Source of the DNA: a virus
Taxonomy: Duplodnaviria > Heunggongvirae > Uroviricota > Caudoviricetes
Direction: 5' to 3' (one strand)
Length of the DNA: 64,000 nucleotides
Virus record (IMG/VR): IMGVR_UViG_3300012007_000008
Span: 64,001-128,000 of that record
Positions 1-9,337 of the stretch are shown one piece after another. Each line of letters opens with the position of its first letter. Position 1 is the first letter of the stretch. A model generated the notes under the pieces. That model saw only the letters and a program-made list of their open reading frames with translations, made no database searches and was not told where the DNA came from. The position numbers and the translations under genes are program-made.

Positions 1-1
1 C

Positions 2-247
2 ACGGGATCATATCAGATGTATGAAATGCATAATAATGTAGAGCTATATCAGCTTCATTCTTGTGTGATTAGGCATGATGTTATGCAGGCAAGAGTAGGT
101 CTGCAAGTTACTGGTTTTGGGATATTCTGTAAAATAGATTCTGACATTGTTGATTTCGTTATTAAGGGTGGCACTGATGTGATATAGATAAGAATTAGTA
201 ATAATTCAGTGTATAGAAGAACCAAGGTTGGGCTCAGTCAATTCTAA
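2..247 (+). other. Shufflon silent cassette, 5' end outside window
   Basis: Frame open from base 2 to TAA 245-247 apart from one TAG (185-187); abuts the next crossover site at 249, like the other cassettes. Confidence 0.6.
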
Positions 248-248
248 G

Positions 249-512
249 CTAAATTCCAGATTATTGTATACTCAATCACTAACTACCACTTCAAAGAGTA
301 TTGCCGCCGGAGGGACTGCTGATACAAGCGCCGACGCAGCGAAGTCTGGGTACACACCAATTGGGATTATTGGTTGGCAGAGCTTTTCTACATTCGTTTT
401 TATGTATAACTGTAGGCTCAATGGGAATACTGTAAATTGTGGGCTTCGCAATTATGCCTCGTCCCAACAGTCTGGCAGCATGATTATTACTGTGTTGTAT
501 AAAAAGAACTAA
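249..512 (+). other. Shufflon silent cassette (variable C-terminus LNSRLLYTQ...VLYKKN)
   Basis: Begins at CTAAATTCCAG (encodes LNS); no RBS/start of its own; TAA overlaps the next site. Confidence 0.85.
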
Positions 513-865
513 ATTCCAGAATAGATGGACTACTTACATGGATAGGCGCTTCCTGGAATGGATCATCAAGAAGTATTGGTGCTAATGTCCAAGAAATGGT
601 TTTGTCAATGACTATAAATGTGGGAGGTACCTATCTTCTAATAGGGCGATATACAGCAATAGCATACGGAAAGAGTGTAACTGTTACAGTAAAAGACAAC
701 GATAATATGATCATTTCAGATTGGGGATAGAGCGTAAAAGGGTTTGCTAAACTGGTAAACGTTAACTCTGGGCACATTCTACAGCTTATCGTTTCCTGTA
801 ATGAAGCATGGACTTTTTATCCTGACAATCGAAATAGCTGGCTTCATGCTATCCTGATCCGATAA
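509..865 (+). other. Shufflon silent cassette (LNSRIDGLL...HAILIR), one internal TAG
   Basis: Site at 509-519; frame open to TAA 863-865 with TAG at 728-730; missed by the ORF track. Confidence 0.8.
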
Positions 866-1155
866 ATTCCAGAATCACGACAGAATTCAACTCATTTTTC
901 CCAGAAAGGAAAACGGTAGAACTTAATAATAACTCATATGACATAAACAATTGTATAGACACGACGAAAGTATATTTTTGGAGTGTAAATGTACGACCAA
1001 TCAACGCACCGAGGGACGGTTGTACTATGTTCCCAGTAAAAACACATTGGGGGACGCTCCAAGTGGCAATATCTTATTCGAATTCTGCTACGATTTGTGT
1101 TAGGCATATATTTGTAGGCACTTGGGGAGATTGGAAAAGCGTTACTTTCAGTTAA
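862..1155 (+). other. Shufflon silent cassette, pyocin-knob-like (INSRITTEF...GTWGDWKSVTFS)
   Basis: Site ATAAATTCCAG at 862; open frame to TAA 1153-1155; C-terminal R...W..W pattern typical of phage fibre knob domains. Confidence 0.8.
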
Positions 1156-1526
1156 ATTCCAGAATAACCGAGGAATGTTCCAGCATAAATAACAGAAATA
1201 GCGATTTATATACACGAAACATATATCACGATGGACGTAAGAATTTAAGAATAGTATCAAGTATCGGCACATCGACATCTTATTCAAGACAGCCTTTTTT
1301 TATATTTTCTGTGGCTGGTGGTGCACCTTGGGGAGCAATCATGAGAATATCTACAGAGGATAAGTCATCAAGTACAGCCTACACAAATATATGTAATAAT
1401 GTTATAACTACCGCATCCACAGCCTCTGAAAATGGGAAAGTTGTTGGAATATTTACTGTCGGAGGAAGGTATGATACGAGCATAATACTTAGTAATAGAC
1501 CTTTTTTGGTTAGCGCAACAAATTAA
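1152..1526 (+). other. Shufflon silent cassette (LNSRITEEC...FLVSATN)
   Basis: Site TTAAATTCCAG at 1152 in frame with ORF 1122..1526. Confidence 0.85.
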
Positions 1527-1780
1527 ATTCCAGTAAACAAATGATGCTAAAATCAAAAGACGTTACAATTGGTGACATTGTAATGTCGCAATCTGGATAC
1601 TTCAATATCGCCGGATACAAGCCACAAGGTATGAATCATTTTTTATTTGCCATTTTATGGACTTACGGGGACGACAGCAAACATGGAGCTTTAGGCGTAA
1701 ATGCAAACGGAAACTTTGTTTTTTCTACGGCAGGAGGAACCCTGTCATATGTCACCATAAGGTACTTCTATTACGATTGA
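1523..1780 (+). other. Shufflon silent cassette (LNSSKQMML...IRYFYYD)
   Basis: Site at 1523 in frame with ORF 1541..1780; C-terminus similar to cassette 3297..3824. Confidence 0.85.
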
Positions 1781-1869
1781 TCTGAATTGGGATTTAGTTC
1801 ACAAACCCGCCATTTCTGGGCACAATCCTCCCTTGAGCAATAGAATTGGATATACAATTAATACAATTC

Positions 1870-2871
1870 TCAAGCCGCATATTTCGAATACGACGCCTTC
1901 ACATTCGCGGTTGTTTCCGAATAATAAATCTGCGTAGTCTCAACCGATTCATGCCCGGCCAATATACTTACTTCCTGCATAGGCATTCCTGAATTCAAGA
2001 GGTCGGTTATAAGTGAGCGCCTAAATCGATGGGGGTGTATATTACTCACTCCAGACTTTTTCTCAAGTCGTTTACACGCTGCTTCAATCCCATTCTTACT
2101 CAGCCTCTTTCCTCCCTTACTCGTGAACAGAGCGCCATCCGTTGTCTTCCTACTGTTCAAGTACTCTTTAAGATGAAGAGCAGCGACATCTGTCAAATAT
2201 ACTTTCCGCTGCTTATCACCTTTACCGAGGACAATAATCTCTTTCTTGTCGAAATCTACGTCAGAAACGTTCAGTGCCGAAACCTCTGAAACCCTACATC
2301 CGGTAGAGTAAAGGAAATCAACCAGAGCCAAATCCCGTGGATTATCCTGGCAAGCGCGGCGGATTTTATCCATATCTACGGCAGAAAACGACAGTTTCAC
2401 CTGTTTCTGACACTTAATCTGCGCCAACTTCAGACACGGATTCTTAGCGATAATCTCCTCCTTCGCCAACCACCCGAAGAACGATGACCAACAATGCCGG
2501 ATCCCCTCTAGCGTCAGGTTGCAGTTATGATCCCTATTGCGTTTCAGAGCGAGATAGTACCGCATATCGTTCGTAGTGATCTCATCAATCGGCTTATTCA
2601 CGGCCTGGATCAACTTCATGTTCTCGTCGTAATACCGGTTGAGCGTCTGATCTGACATACCTTCGATCCGTTTAGTCACGATGAATGCCTTCAGATATTG
2701 TTCCGCAGAGGTATCCACCGTGGTCAACGCCGTACACCGCTCCTGAATCTCGTACTTGTTCAGGACGATGTAGAGCGTATCCCTGATCTCATCCTGCAAC
2801 TTCTTACTGACTTCCTTGAGGCTGATAAGGACTGAATTGACAACTTCTTCTCTGATATCGTTCGTTAACAT
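1870..2871 (-). CDS. Tyrosine recombinase (XerC/D-like with N-terminal SAM-like domain), putative shufflon invertase
   Basis: Catalytic motifs GCRVSE, GKGDKQR, HPHRFR, LAGH, TTQIY; ATG at 2871 after GGAGG; TGA stop; no TAG; lies between the two cassette arms. Confidence 0.93.
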   Translation of the reverse strand: MLTNDIREEVVNSVLISLKEVSKKLQDEIRDTLYIVLNKYEIQERCTALTTVDTSAEQYLKAFIVTKRIEGMSDQTLNRYYDENMKLIQAVNKPIDEITTNDMRYYLALKRNRDHNCNLTLEGIRHCWSSFFGWLAKEEIIAKNPCLKLAQIKCQKQVKLSFSAVDMDKIRRACQDNPRDLALVDFLYSTGCRVSEVSALNVSDVDFDKKEIIVLGKGDKQRKVYLTDVAALHLKEYLNSRKTTDGALFTSKGGKRLSKNGIEAACKRLEKKSGVSNIHPHRFRRSLITDLLNSGMPMQEVSILAGHESVETTQIYYSETTANVKASYSKYAA

Positions 2872-2924
2872 GGCTTTTCCTCCTTCTTCTGGATGATCGC
2901 GAGAGCGGCAGCATTGTCTACACA

Positions 2925-2933
2925 ATTATACCA
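2925..2933 (-). promoter_or_regulatory. Extended -10 promoter of recombinase (TGGTATAAT)
   Basis: TGnTATAAT consensus ~55 bp upstream of the ATG; no clear -35. Confidence 0.5.
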
Positions 2934-2975
2934 TTCTCGAAATGATCCAGAAGTAGAACGTTAACTAAATCCCAA

Positions 2976-3300
2976 TTAGGTGAAAGTGAGATATTTCCAA
3001 GCTCCCCATGTCCCCATTTGTTATGCTTCTCATGGCAACTTTCACTCCGCCGAATGAAATGGCGTATTGAGCCTGATAATTTGCGCCTCCGCAACAAAAA
3101 GCAAGCAGAAGGATTTGATTGCCTCCGAGATTTGGGACGGTTCCTGTATAACCAACGGCACACCAGTAAATATGAGTTCCATAGACATTTGAGTATATTG
3201 TATCTATATTATATCTATCTTGAGGATGCCAATAGAATCCGGACATATTTGGATGCTTTAGAGTTATATTTGAAGTATTAGTATTTATTCTGGAATTTAG
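2976..3300 (-). pseudogene. Shufflon cassette with +1 frameshift near its 3' end
   Basis: Starts at site 3290-3300; removing one base of the G4 run (C 3012-3015 on +) gives ...ITNGTWGAWKYLTFT-TAA, matching ...VGTWGDWKSVTFS of cassette 862..1155. Confidence 0.7.
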
Positions 3301-3824
3301 TCTGTATAAAAGTATCGAATTTTAAGACCTGTTATTACGTCGCCACCTGTTCCGAGAAGATAATGGGCATCCATCGTTATAGAAAACGATACGTGTTTGC
3401 TTTCTGACCCCCATGTCACAATCCCAGCGATTAAGAACCGATTCATTCCTGAGGGGAAGTACTGGTAGATATTTGCATATCCATTTGTATCAATCGTCAC
3501 CGATGAGATCGTAACATCTTTGTATTTTATCGGTCTCTCAGGTGTATACCATTCAGAAAATGCCCTACTCATGTCAGATCTAGGTTTACAGAATCTTGTC
3601 CATACAATATTGTTTTCATAGTTCTTAAATATTTGTCTAACGTACAATGTGTTATTATGTCCAGCAGAGAACTCAACTTTCATGATAAAAGCAGCCTCTG
3701 AATATGGTGCATTTTTAAGCGGAATGATGTCCCAGGAATAATAATTACCTGCCTATACTATAGTATTGAGATCTGTATTACTTGGGATAATATTTCCTTT
3801 GCATAAAGAGTATGTTCTGGAATT
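3297..3824 (-). other. Shufflon silent cassette, two-domain (knob-like TDLNTIV*AGNYY plus C-terminal domain)
   Basis: Site 3817-3827; frame NSRTYSLCK... with one TAG joins ORF 3297..3683. Confidence 0.8.
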
Positions 3825-4154
3825 TTATCTATAATATATAGCCACCCTTCCCGTAGAGGATCCACTGACTTTTTGAAAAGAAAGCGAGTTATTATGGTAG
3901 AAGAAGTAATAAACACCCAAAAACCCCGTTTCATACCAAGGGACATGACATGGATGAGACCATTTTGAATTCTTCAGGAGAACTATAGTTCCACCCGAAT
4001 AGACTTGATTATTATTCTTTCGCCCATATTCGATAAAAACTTCTATAGCTGAGGTTGGAATGCTTACAGAATGACCATCTGTGTCTGATAGATCATAAGC
4101 GGCCAGATACGTATACAACCTTTTTGAGTCTGTTTCCGTGATTCTGGAATTTAA
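3825..4154 (-). other. Shufflon silent cassette (LNSRITETD...VAIYYR)
   Basis: Site 4144-4154 in frame with ORF 3825..4118. Confidence 0.85.
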
Positions 4155-4642
4155 CCATTACCCAACATCCATCCTTGACTGGCAATTGCACCACTTATGA
4201 TAAAAAATCCGTGAGTCCACTTTGAGGGGAAGACAACCTGAAAATCATATAAGTCTGACGACACCTCATGCTTATATGTTTTAAAAGTCCCACTCGTCGA
4301 TGTTTGAGTGCTAGAAAATCCTGATAGCTTATAGCTCTGCAAATCCCCCATATTAGTGCAAATAAAAATAACCCCATAATAATAAATACCTCTACAAGGC
4401 CCCACAGTTAGGTAATATTTGTCTACAAACCCAACACATGTTATATTACCGGATAGTTTTTGTTCTAGTGTTGTGACACGGGAACTTGATGCTTTACTGG
4501 AATTTAGTGAATTGTACGCGTCATACAGCGCTTTCTGGCTCGCCGCGATCCCGGTCTAAGCCCCGCCAACCTCCTTATCATAAGTATCCGAAAGCCGCAC
4601 AGGCCCAGCATGATTGGCATCTCCTAACATATTAAACCTCAT
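4151..4642 (-). CDS. Expressed shufflon gene: small tail-fibre tip/adhesin-like protein, 45-aa constant part plus variable cassette (163 aa)
   Basis: AGGAGG plus ATG at 4642; MRFNMLGDANHAGPVRLSDTYDKEVGGA*TGIAASQKALYDAYNS resembles the phage fibre repeat (G.V.LS....S...AA..KA...AY); TAG 4556-4558; crossover site 4497-4507; TAA 4151. Confidence 0.8.
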
Positions 4643-4946
4643 CGTTGCCTCCTTTCTCGGCTTCGTCGCAGTTTTCAGAAATCTCCGTACAATTATCGGA
4701 CGGAGAGAAGAGTTCAGCTTGAATACGGTCAGACTCAGCGTATACCGCATCCTCGAATGCTCGGCGATCCCGCCGCACCAGATCCACATTCTTCCGGTAC
4801 GAATCCTCCTCGGCTTCCTTTTCCGTGATCAGGATATTGTTCGGGTCAGCCTTATTAACCTGACCGTAAAACTTCATAACACAAGTGCCGTCATCGAGTT
4901 CAGAAAATCCCTCGAAGTAAGTCCAAGTATCTGTACGCAACATCAC
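4632..4946 (-). CDS. Hypothetical protein, paralogue of 4943..5236 (possible fibre chaperone)
   Basis: Clean ORF overlapping its neighbours; shared pattern MLRT...E...DG..VM.F...V.KADP.N. Confidence 0.75.
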   Translation of the reverse strand: MMLRTDTWTYFEGFSELDDGTCVMKFYGQVNKADPNNILITEKEAEEDSYRKNVDLVRRDRRAFEDAVYAESDRIQAELFSPSDNCTEISENCDEAEKGGNDEV

Positions 4947-5236
4947 TGATCACCGCCTTCCTCTACAACTTCCTCATACTCGCCGTCCACGACTTCAGCT
5001 CTCGGATTCTCGATCTCATCAATCATCCTGAAAATCTGATTCTCGAAATCTGTGCGGTCAGACGAAGCCATATCTCTATACTGACGATACAGGCTCTCAG
5101 ACTCTTTCTTCACGTCGAGGGCACTGTTCGCCGGATCCGCCTTATCAACCTCCGCCTTGAATGTCATGACGGTAATTCCGTCTGGCGTCTCAGAAACCGC
5201 CTCGAAGATTTCTGTATTTTTCGTAGTTCTTAACAT
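4943..5236 (-). CDS. Hypothetical protein, paralogue of 4632..4946
   Basis: GGAGG plus ATG at 5236; TGA overlaps the next start. Confidence 0.75.
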   Translation of the reverse strand: MLRTTKNTEIFEAVSETPDGITVMTFKAEVDKADPANSALDVKKESESLYRQYRDMASSDRTDFENQIFRMIDEIENPRAEVVDGEYEEVVEEGGDQ

Positions 5237-5249
5237 CCTTTTATCCTCC

Positions 5250-5534
5250 TTAAGACAGTAGAAAATGCTTCTTACCGTCATCAACAGTCACAATCACCTG
5301 AAGCAGCGGAAACACTTTGTCCGTAGCTTCAAAGATCAGTTCGCTATCGCCAGTCTCACAGGCCGTGATCTTCTTAAACTCCTGGCGGAAGATCGGCATC
5401 TAATTCATCTCGTCGATGAGCGCGACGTTCTTGATAATCGTTTCCTTCGTAACCTCTTCACACGGGATCTTCATTCGGTAGGGCAGGAGAGTGCCTTCCC
5501 AGTTTCCCGCGAGAAGGACCAATATATCCTTCAT
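5250..5534 (-). CDS. Hypothetical protein (94 aa, one TAG)
   Basis: MKDILVLLAGNWEG...; RBS present; fills the gap only with TAG read-through; TAA stop. Confidence 0.7.
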
Positions 5535-5646
5535 ATCCGTTTATCCTTTCATAGAAATAGCGAAGCCCGGGGTTAGCCGAGCCTCGCTTCGTCGTAAAAT
5601 CACTGCCGTAAATCGTTGTTTGCGGCAGTTCCGTCTTTGTACGGTA

Positions 5647-5892
5647 TCACCTGAGTGCGTCGATCTTCCTGTTCAGGGTCATGAGAGCCTGATACACCGC
5701 GCCGGAAGTGACGAGATTGTTGCTGTCACGGGTCGGCGCGTCATCGACGGTCGGGTTAAAACTATTCTTAAGCTCTTCGAGAGCCTCCTTGATCTGCTCA
5801 AGGGCGAAGCCGAGATTGGCCTCAGCCTCTTTTGCCCTTGTCATTTCCTTATAGAGGTCTTCGCGGGCCTGAACATCAATAGATTCAGCCAT
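5647..5892 (-). CDS. Hypothetical fibre-associated protein
   Basis: GGAGG upstream; contains PTRDSNNLVTSGAVYQAL, the same motif found in the fibre repeats. Confidence 0.7.
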   Translation of the reverse strand: MAESIDVQAREDLYKEMTRAKEAEANLGFALEQIKEALEELKNSFNPTVDDAPTRDSNNLVTSGAVYQALMTLNRKIDALR

Positions 5893-5906
5893 AATCAATT
5901 ACCTCC

Positions 5907-8609
5907 TTATGAAGCAGTAGTATATCTTTCATTATTCGGCAGAGCCGCCTGACTTGTCAGCGTTTCCAGTGTTTCGCTTACGTAACCAACAACCAAGGTC
6001 AGGTCAATCATAGGCTTTGTATGCGCCCTGAACTCGATAAGCGAAGCACCGGACTCTACGTCTTTAAGTTTGCAGTATTCGATATCGTTGTCATACGTGA
6101 TCGCGTAGTTGACGACTAACGCGGTTCCTGTGTTGGGTGCTTCAGTAATCGTGAAAGTAGTCCCGGAGAAGCTATATGTGCCTGAGCTGACCGACACGCC
6201 GCCCCTTGTCACTGAAGTGATACTTGTCGGGGCGTGTGAAAGCGTAAAGGTCTTTGTGGAACCATCGCCCGTGAACGTGTCTGTGTAGTTATACGTAGTG
6301 GTGGAATCCGCCATGCTTCCTTCAAGCTTGACGCTCACAATTTCAGTCGCCGCCGTGATGTCGTTTCCGGTCGTGATAGCTTGCCTGTATGTGGTCGCGT
6401 TGCCGTTCATGGTATCCCGGTATGCATTACTCCATCCTGAAGTTGACAACGTGATTTTCTTATAAGCAATCCTCTTATGGACGCCGGAAGACTTTACTAC
6501 CTTATCAGATCCCGAAGTCGGGGTAGTATCTATGCTGCCGTAGCCAGTACCTCCGCGGGCTACAGACAGAACCCCGGAAGTAATGTCGCCCGTGCCATGA
6601 GTATGAGAACTGAGCGTCGTATTGATCGTGACGTTGCCGTCAAGTGAAGTAGATACCGAACCGGTAACGCCGCCGTTCGCCCCTGAAGCAACAGCGAGGG
6701 CGATAGTCCTGGCGGATGTCAACTTAGCGGCTGAGCCTACGGCAAGGTTAGACTGCGCAGTCCAAGTAGGAGCCGCGTTTGTACCGCCTGAAGTAAGGAC
6801 AGCGCCGGATGATCCTGGCGAAAGGGCAGAGATCGCATTTGTTCCGCCACCGTACAGGACACCGTTTGCCGTGAGAGTAGTGGCACCTGTTCCGCCGTGT
6901 CCTACTCCTAACGTTCCGGTAATCGGAATCGTTTTCGCATCAGCACTTCCGTTAAACTCTAATCCGGTCGTAGAAGCGGTTCCAAGCGTGACAAGAAGGT
7001 GTATGGTGCTTGCCAGAGATGATGCTTTTCCGGCCGTGAGACTGGAAGGATCAGTCCATGACGGAGCCGCCGATGATCCACCTCCGGTCAGAATAAATCC
7101 GGCGCTTCCGGCGGATGTAACGCCTAAAGCACTTTCTGCGTTACCGTAAACGATTCCGTACTTCGTCAGGGTTGTCTTGCCCGTACCGCCGTGTCCGACG
7201 CCAAGAGTCCCAGTAATAGGAATAGTCGGATGAGAAGCATCTGAACCATCAAGATTCTTTGATCCGTCGAAGGAAGTCTTATTGCTATTCGATGATACGT
7301 TGGCAAGACCGACAACAAGTGACCTTCCGGTAGCCAATTTGTCCGTCGACCCGGCTTTACCGCTGTATGCCGTAATCGCTTTCGGGATACCGTTCTCGAA
7401 ATAAACGGGAACGTTTGTTGATCCGGCATCCGTGTTCAGTTTGTTCGCCGATGTAGCCGCACCTCCGGCTGAAGATGACCCGGCATAGCTATGCGTGTGG
7501 TTTGCCGTTGTAGCCAAAGATACGTTGGCGGAACCATCGAATTCCACTGAGCCTGTAACCGCGCCGGTGAGCGAAATCGTGACAGCACTATTGAGTTTAC
7601 TCGCGGATCCCGCGTTGCCCGAGATTGTAGTCTGAAGCGGATGGACATGGTCTGATCTTGCGACCGTAGAAGCCGATCCTGCGGAAGCTGTCCCGTTTGC
7701 TTTAGGGGCGGTTGTGCTATATGATACGTGAGTACCGTGGCTTGACGCCGCCGCTCCTATATTAGCAGGAGTGATATTGATTTCTACGGCTTCAGATCCG
7801 TCGTAATCGTCAAGTTTTGTCCCGTTCCCTTTGATTGTCAGAGCATTAGGATTCGGCAAAGTGGTATACTTCGTGTCAACCGCTGAAATGACGATGTTAC
7901 CAGAAGCATCCGTCGTAACCGAAGCATTGGTTCCGCCTGAAATCTTGTGAGACGACCGGACTGCGCTATTCTATATTACATTCAGGAATACCGAGCCGTT
8001 AGAAAGAGCGGTTGTGGTTTGCGTCGTACCGGTTGCCGAATTGGTTGTAATATTCTTCGCTGTATGATGAGTATCAGTAAATACCGCATTTGACGGAACT
8101 GTTTTATTGAGTTCATAAGTGCAAGCCGCAGGTTTCCCGCCTGTAAAATATACAGGTTGAGTCGCTGTTCCGGCTGTCGCTGTATCCAGTTTAACAGCAC
8201 TGGTCGCCGATCCCCCTGAAGACGAAGCCCCGGCGTAACTGTGCGTATGGTTGCCAAGCGCGACAGTTGAGGACGACGTTCCGGTTCCCATGTACGCGGC
8301 GGCACCAAGACCTTTTACGGAAACATTAGTTCCGGCGATTTTTACTTGGCCGTTGCTATCGCCGGTCGCCAGGTCTATTCCGTGAGTATGATCCTGACGG
8401 GCATAATTTGTCGAACTTCCTTGAGACGAAGACGAGGCGACTTTCCCAGGGGCTGCCGTCGCCGCAGTATATTTTGTGTCAGTAAACACAGCGTTCGAAG
8501 GAACTGATTTCTCTACGGTAAAACCGTTGATAGTTCCCACTAAATTGCCGTAAAGGTTATTCAGAAACCTCGCCGCACCTGTCACGATCAAATTTCCTAA
8601 TTGAGCGAT
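5907..8609 (-). CDS. Tail fibre protein 2 (~900 aa)
   Basis: ORFs 7971..8591 and 5907..7859 joined by one TAG; G/S/T/A-rich, HxH and GGTG fibre motifs; shares modules with the giant fibre. Start uncertain (ATC 8609 or TTG 8591). Confidence 0.85.
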
Positions 8610-8654
8610 AGGTCATCACCTCCTCATTATTTGATTACCGTAAATATTTACCAT

Positions 8655-9323
8655 TCACCACTCGATAAATTCGGTGGTCTCAATATATTCCGCGTCAGCG
8701 ATTTTCGGGGTGGCAGTATCACTCTCAATGAATCCTGTGGCGGTTCCCGTATAGATATCATCTGTTTCGTTCGGACACCACGGAGTGGGAGTGGAGCCGA
8801 GTTCAAGTTTAACTCTACACATTTGTGTTGTAACACTCGCATCACCAGTTGTTATCCCTATATAGATATTACGATTTGCGTTTGCATTCGTAGTAAAAGT
8901 AACCCAACATCTAGTCCAGTCTTTTGTTAAAGGTGTTACATAATAATATTTATCAACTTTTGTATATGATCCACCATTTATAGTACTTGAATAAATATTA
9001 AACCCAGCATAACCCTCGTCGCCGTCTACTAACCTAGAATCAAATGAAATGGTGTATTGTGTGTTGGCTGCCATTGGGAACGAGTCTATTCCATAACACG
9101 ATGCATCATTCGCAGTTTGTGTGCCAACATTCTAAAATCCATAAGTAACATTATCTATCTAAACTCTTGACCTTGTCATCGTATTTGTTCCGGCTAGTCT
9201 CCAAGTGCCAGTTGATGGATTTGCAGAGCCAAGTTGCATCTATAATGAGTTAGGCATCAGATTCGCCCCAACTCCGATCCCCCTCGCCGTTACCACCCCG
9301 TTCTTTCCTATATTAACTGACAT
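8655..9323 (-). CDS. Tail-associated protein with carbohydrate-binding-like beta domain (222 aa, 3 TAG)
   Basis: ATG at 9323 after GGGGGTG; reads through three TAGs into ORF 8655..9074; ends EFIEW-TGA. Confidence 0.7.
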
Positions 9324-9337
9324 CGCGCATCACCCCC

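Larger units (their letters stand above)
1785..2977. repeat. 15-bp perfect inverted repeat flanking the recombinase gene
   Basis: AATTGGGATTTAGTT (1785-1799) and AACTAAATCCCAATT (2963-2977); contains CTAAATCCC, a variant of the crossover core. Confidence 0.8.
249..4507. repeat. Shufflon crossover sites, core AAATTCCAG (consensus NTAAATTCCAG)
   Basis: Plus orientation at 249, 509, 862, 1152, 1523; minus orientation at 3290-3300, 3817-3827, 4144-4154, 4497-4507. Each sits at a cassette boundary and encodes x-N-S in the cassette frame. Confidence 0.9.

Noticed and set aside
1870-2871. Lysogeny integrase marking a prophage end
   Set aside because: Phage-type cassettes and matching sites continue on both sides; no repressor or host genes are adjacent.
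1-4507. CRISPR array or diversity-generating retroelement
   Set aside because: The repeats are ~11 bp, occur in both orientations and are separated by 260-530 bp coding cassettes. No cas or reverse transcriptase gene and no adenine-specific TR/VR pair was seen.
8613-8657. TGA read-through joining three in-frame ORFs
   Set aside because: TGA marks many clear gene ends with overlapping starts elsewhere, and a strong RBS sits at this junction.
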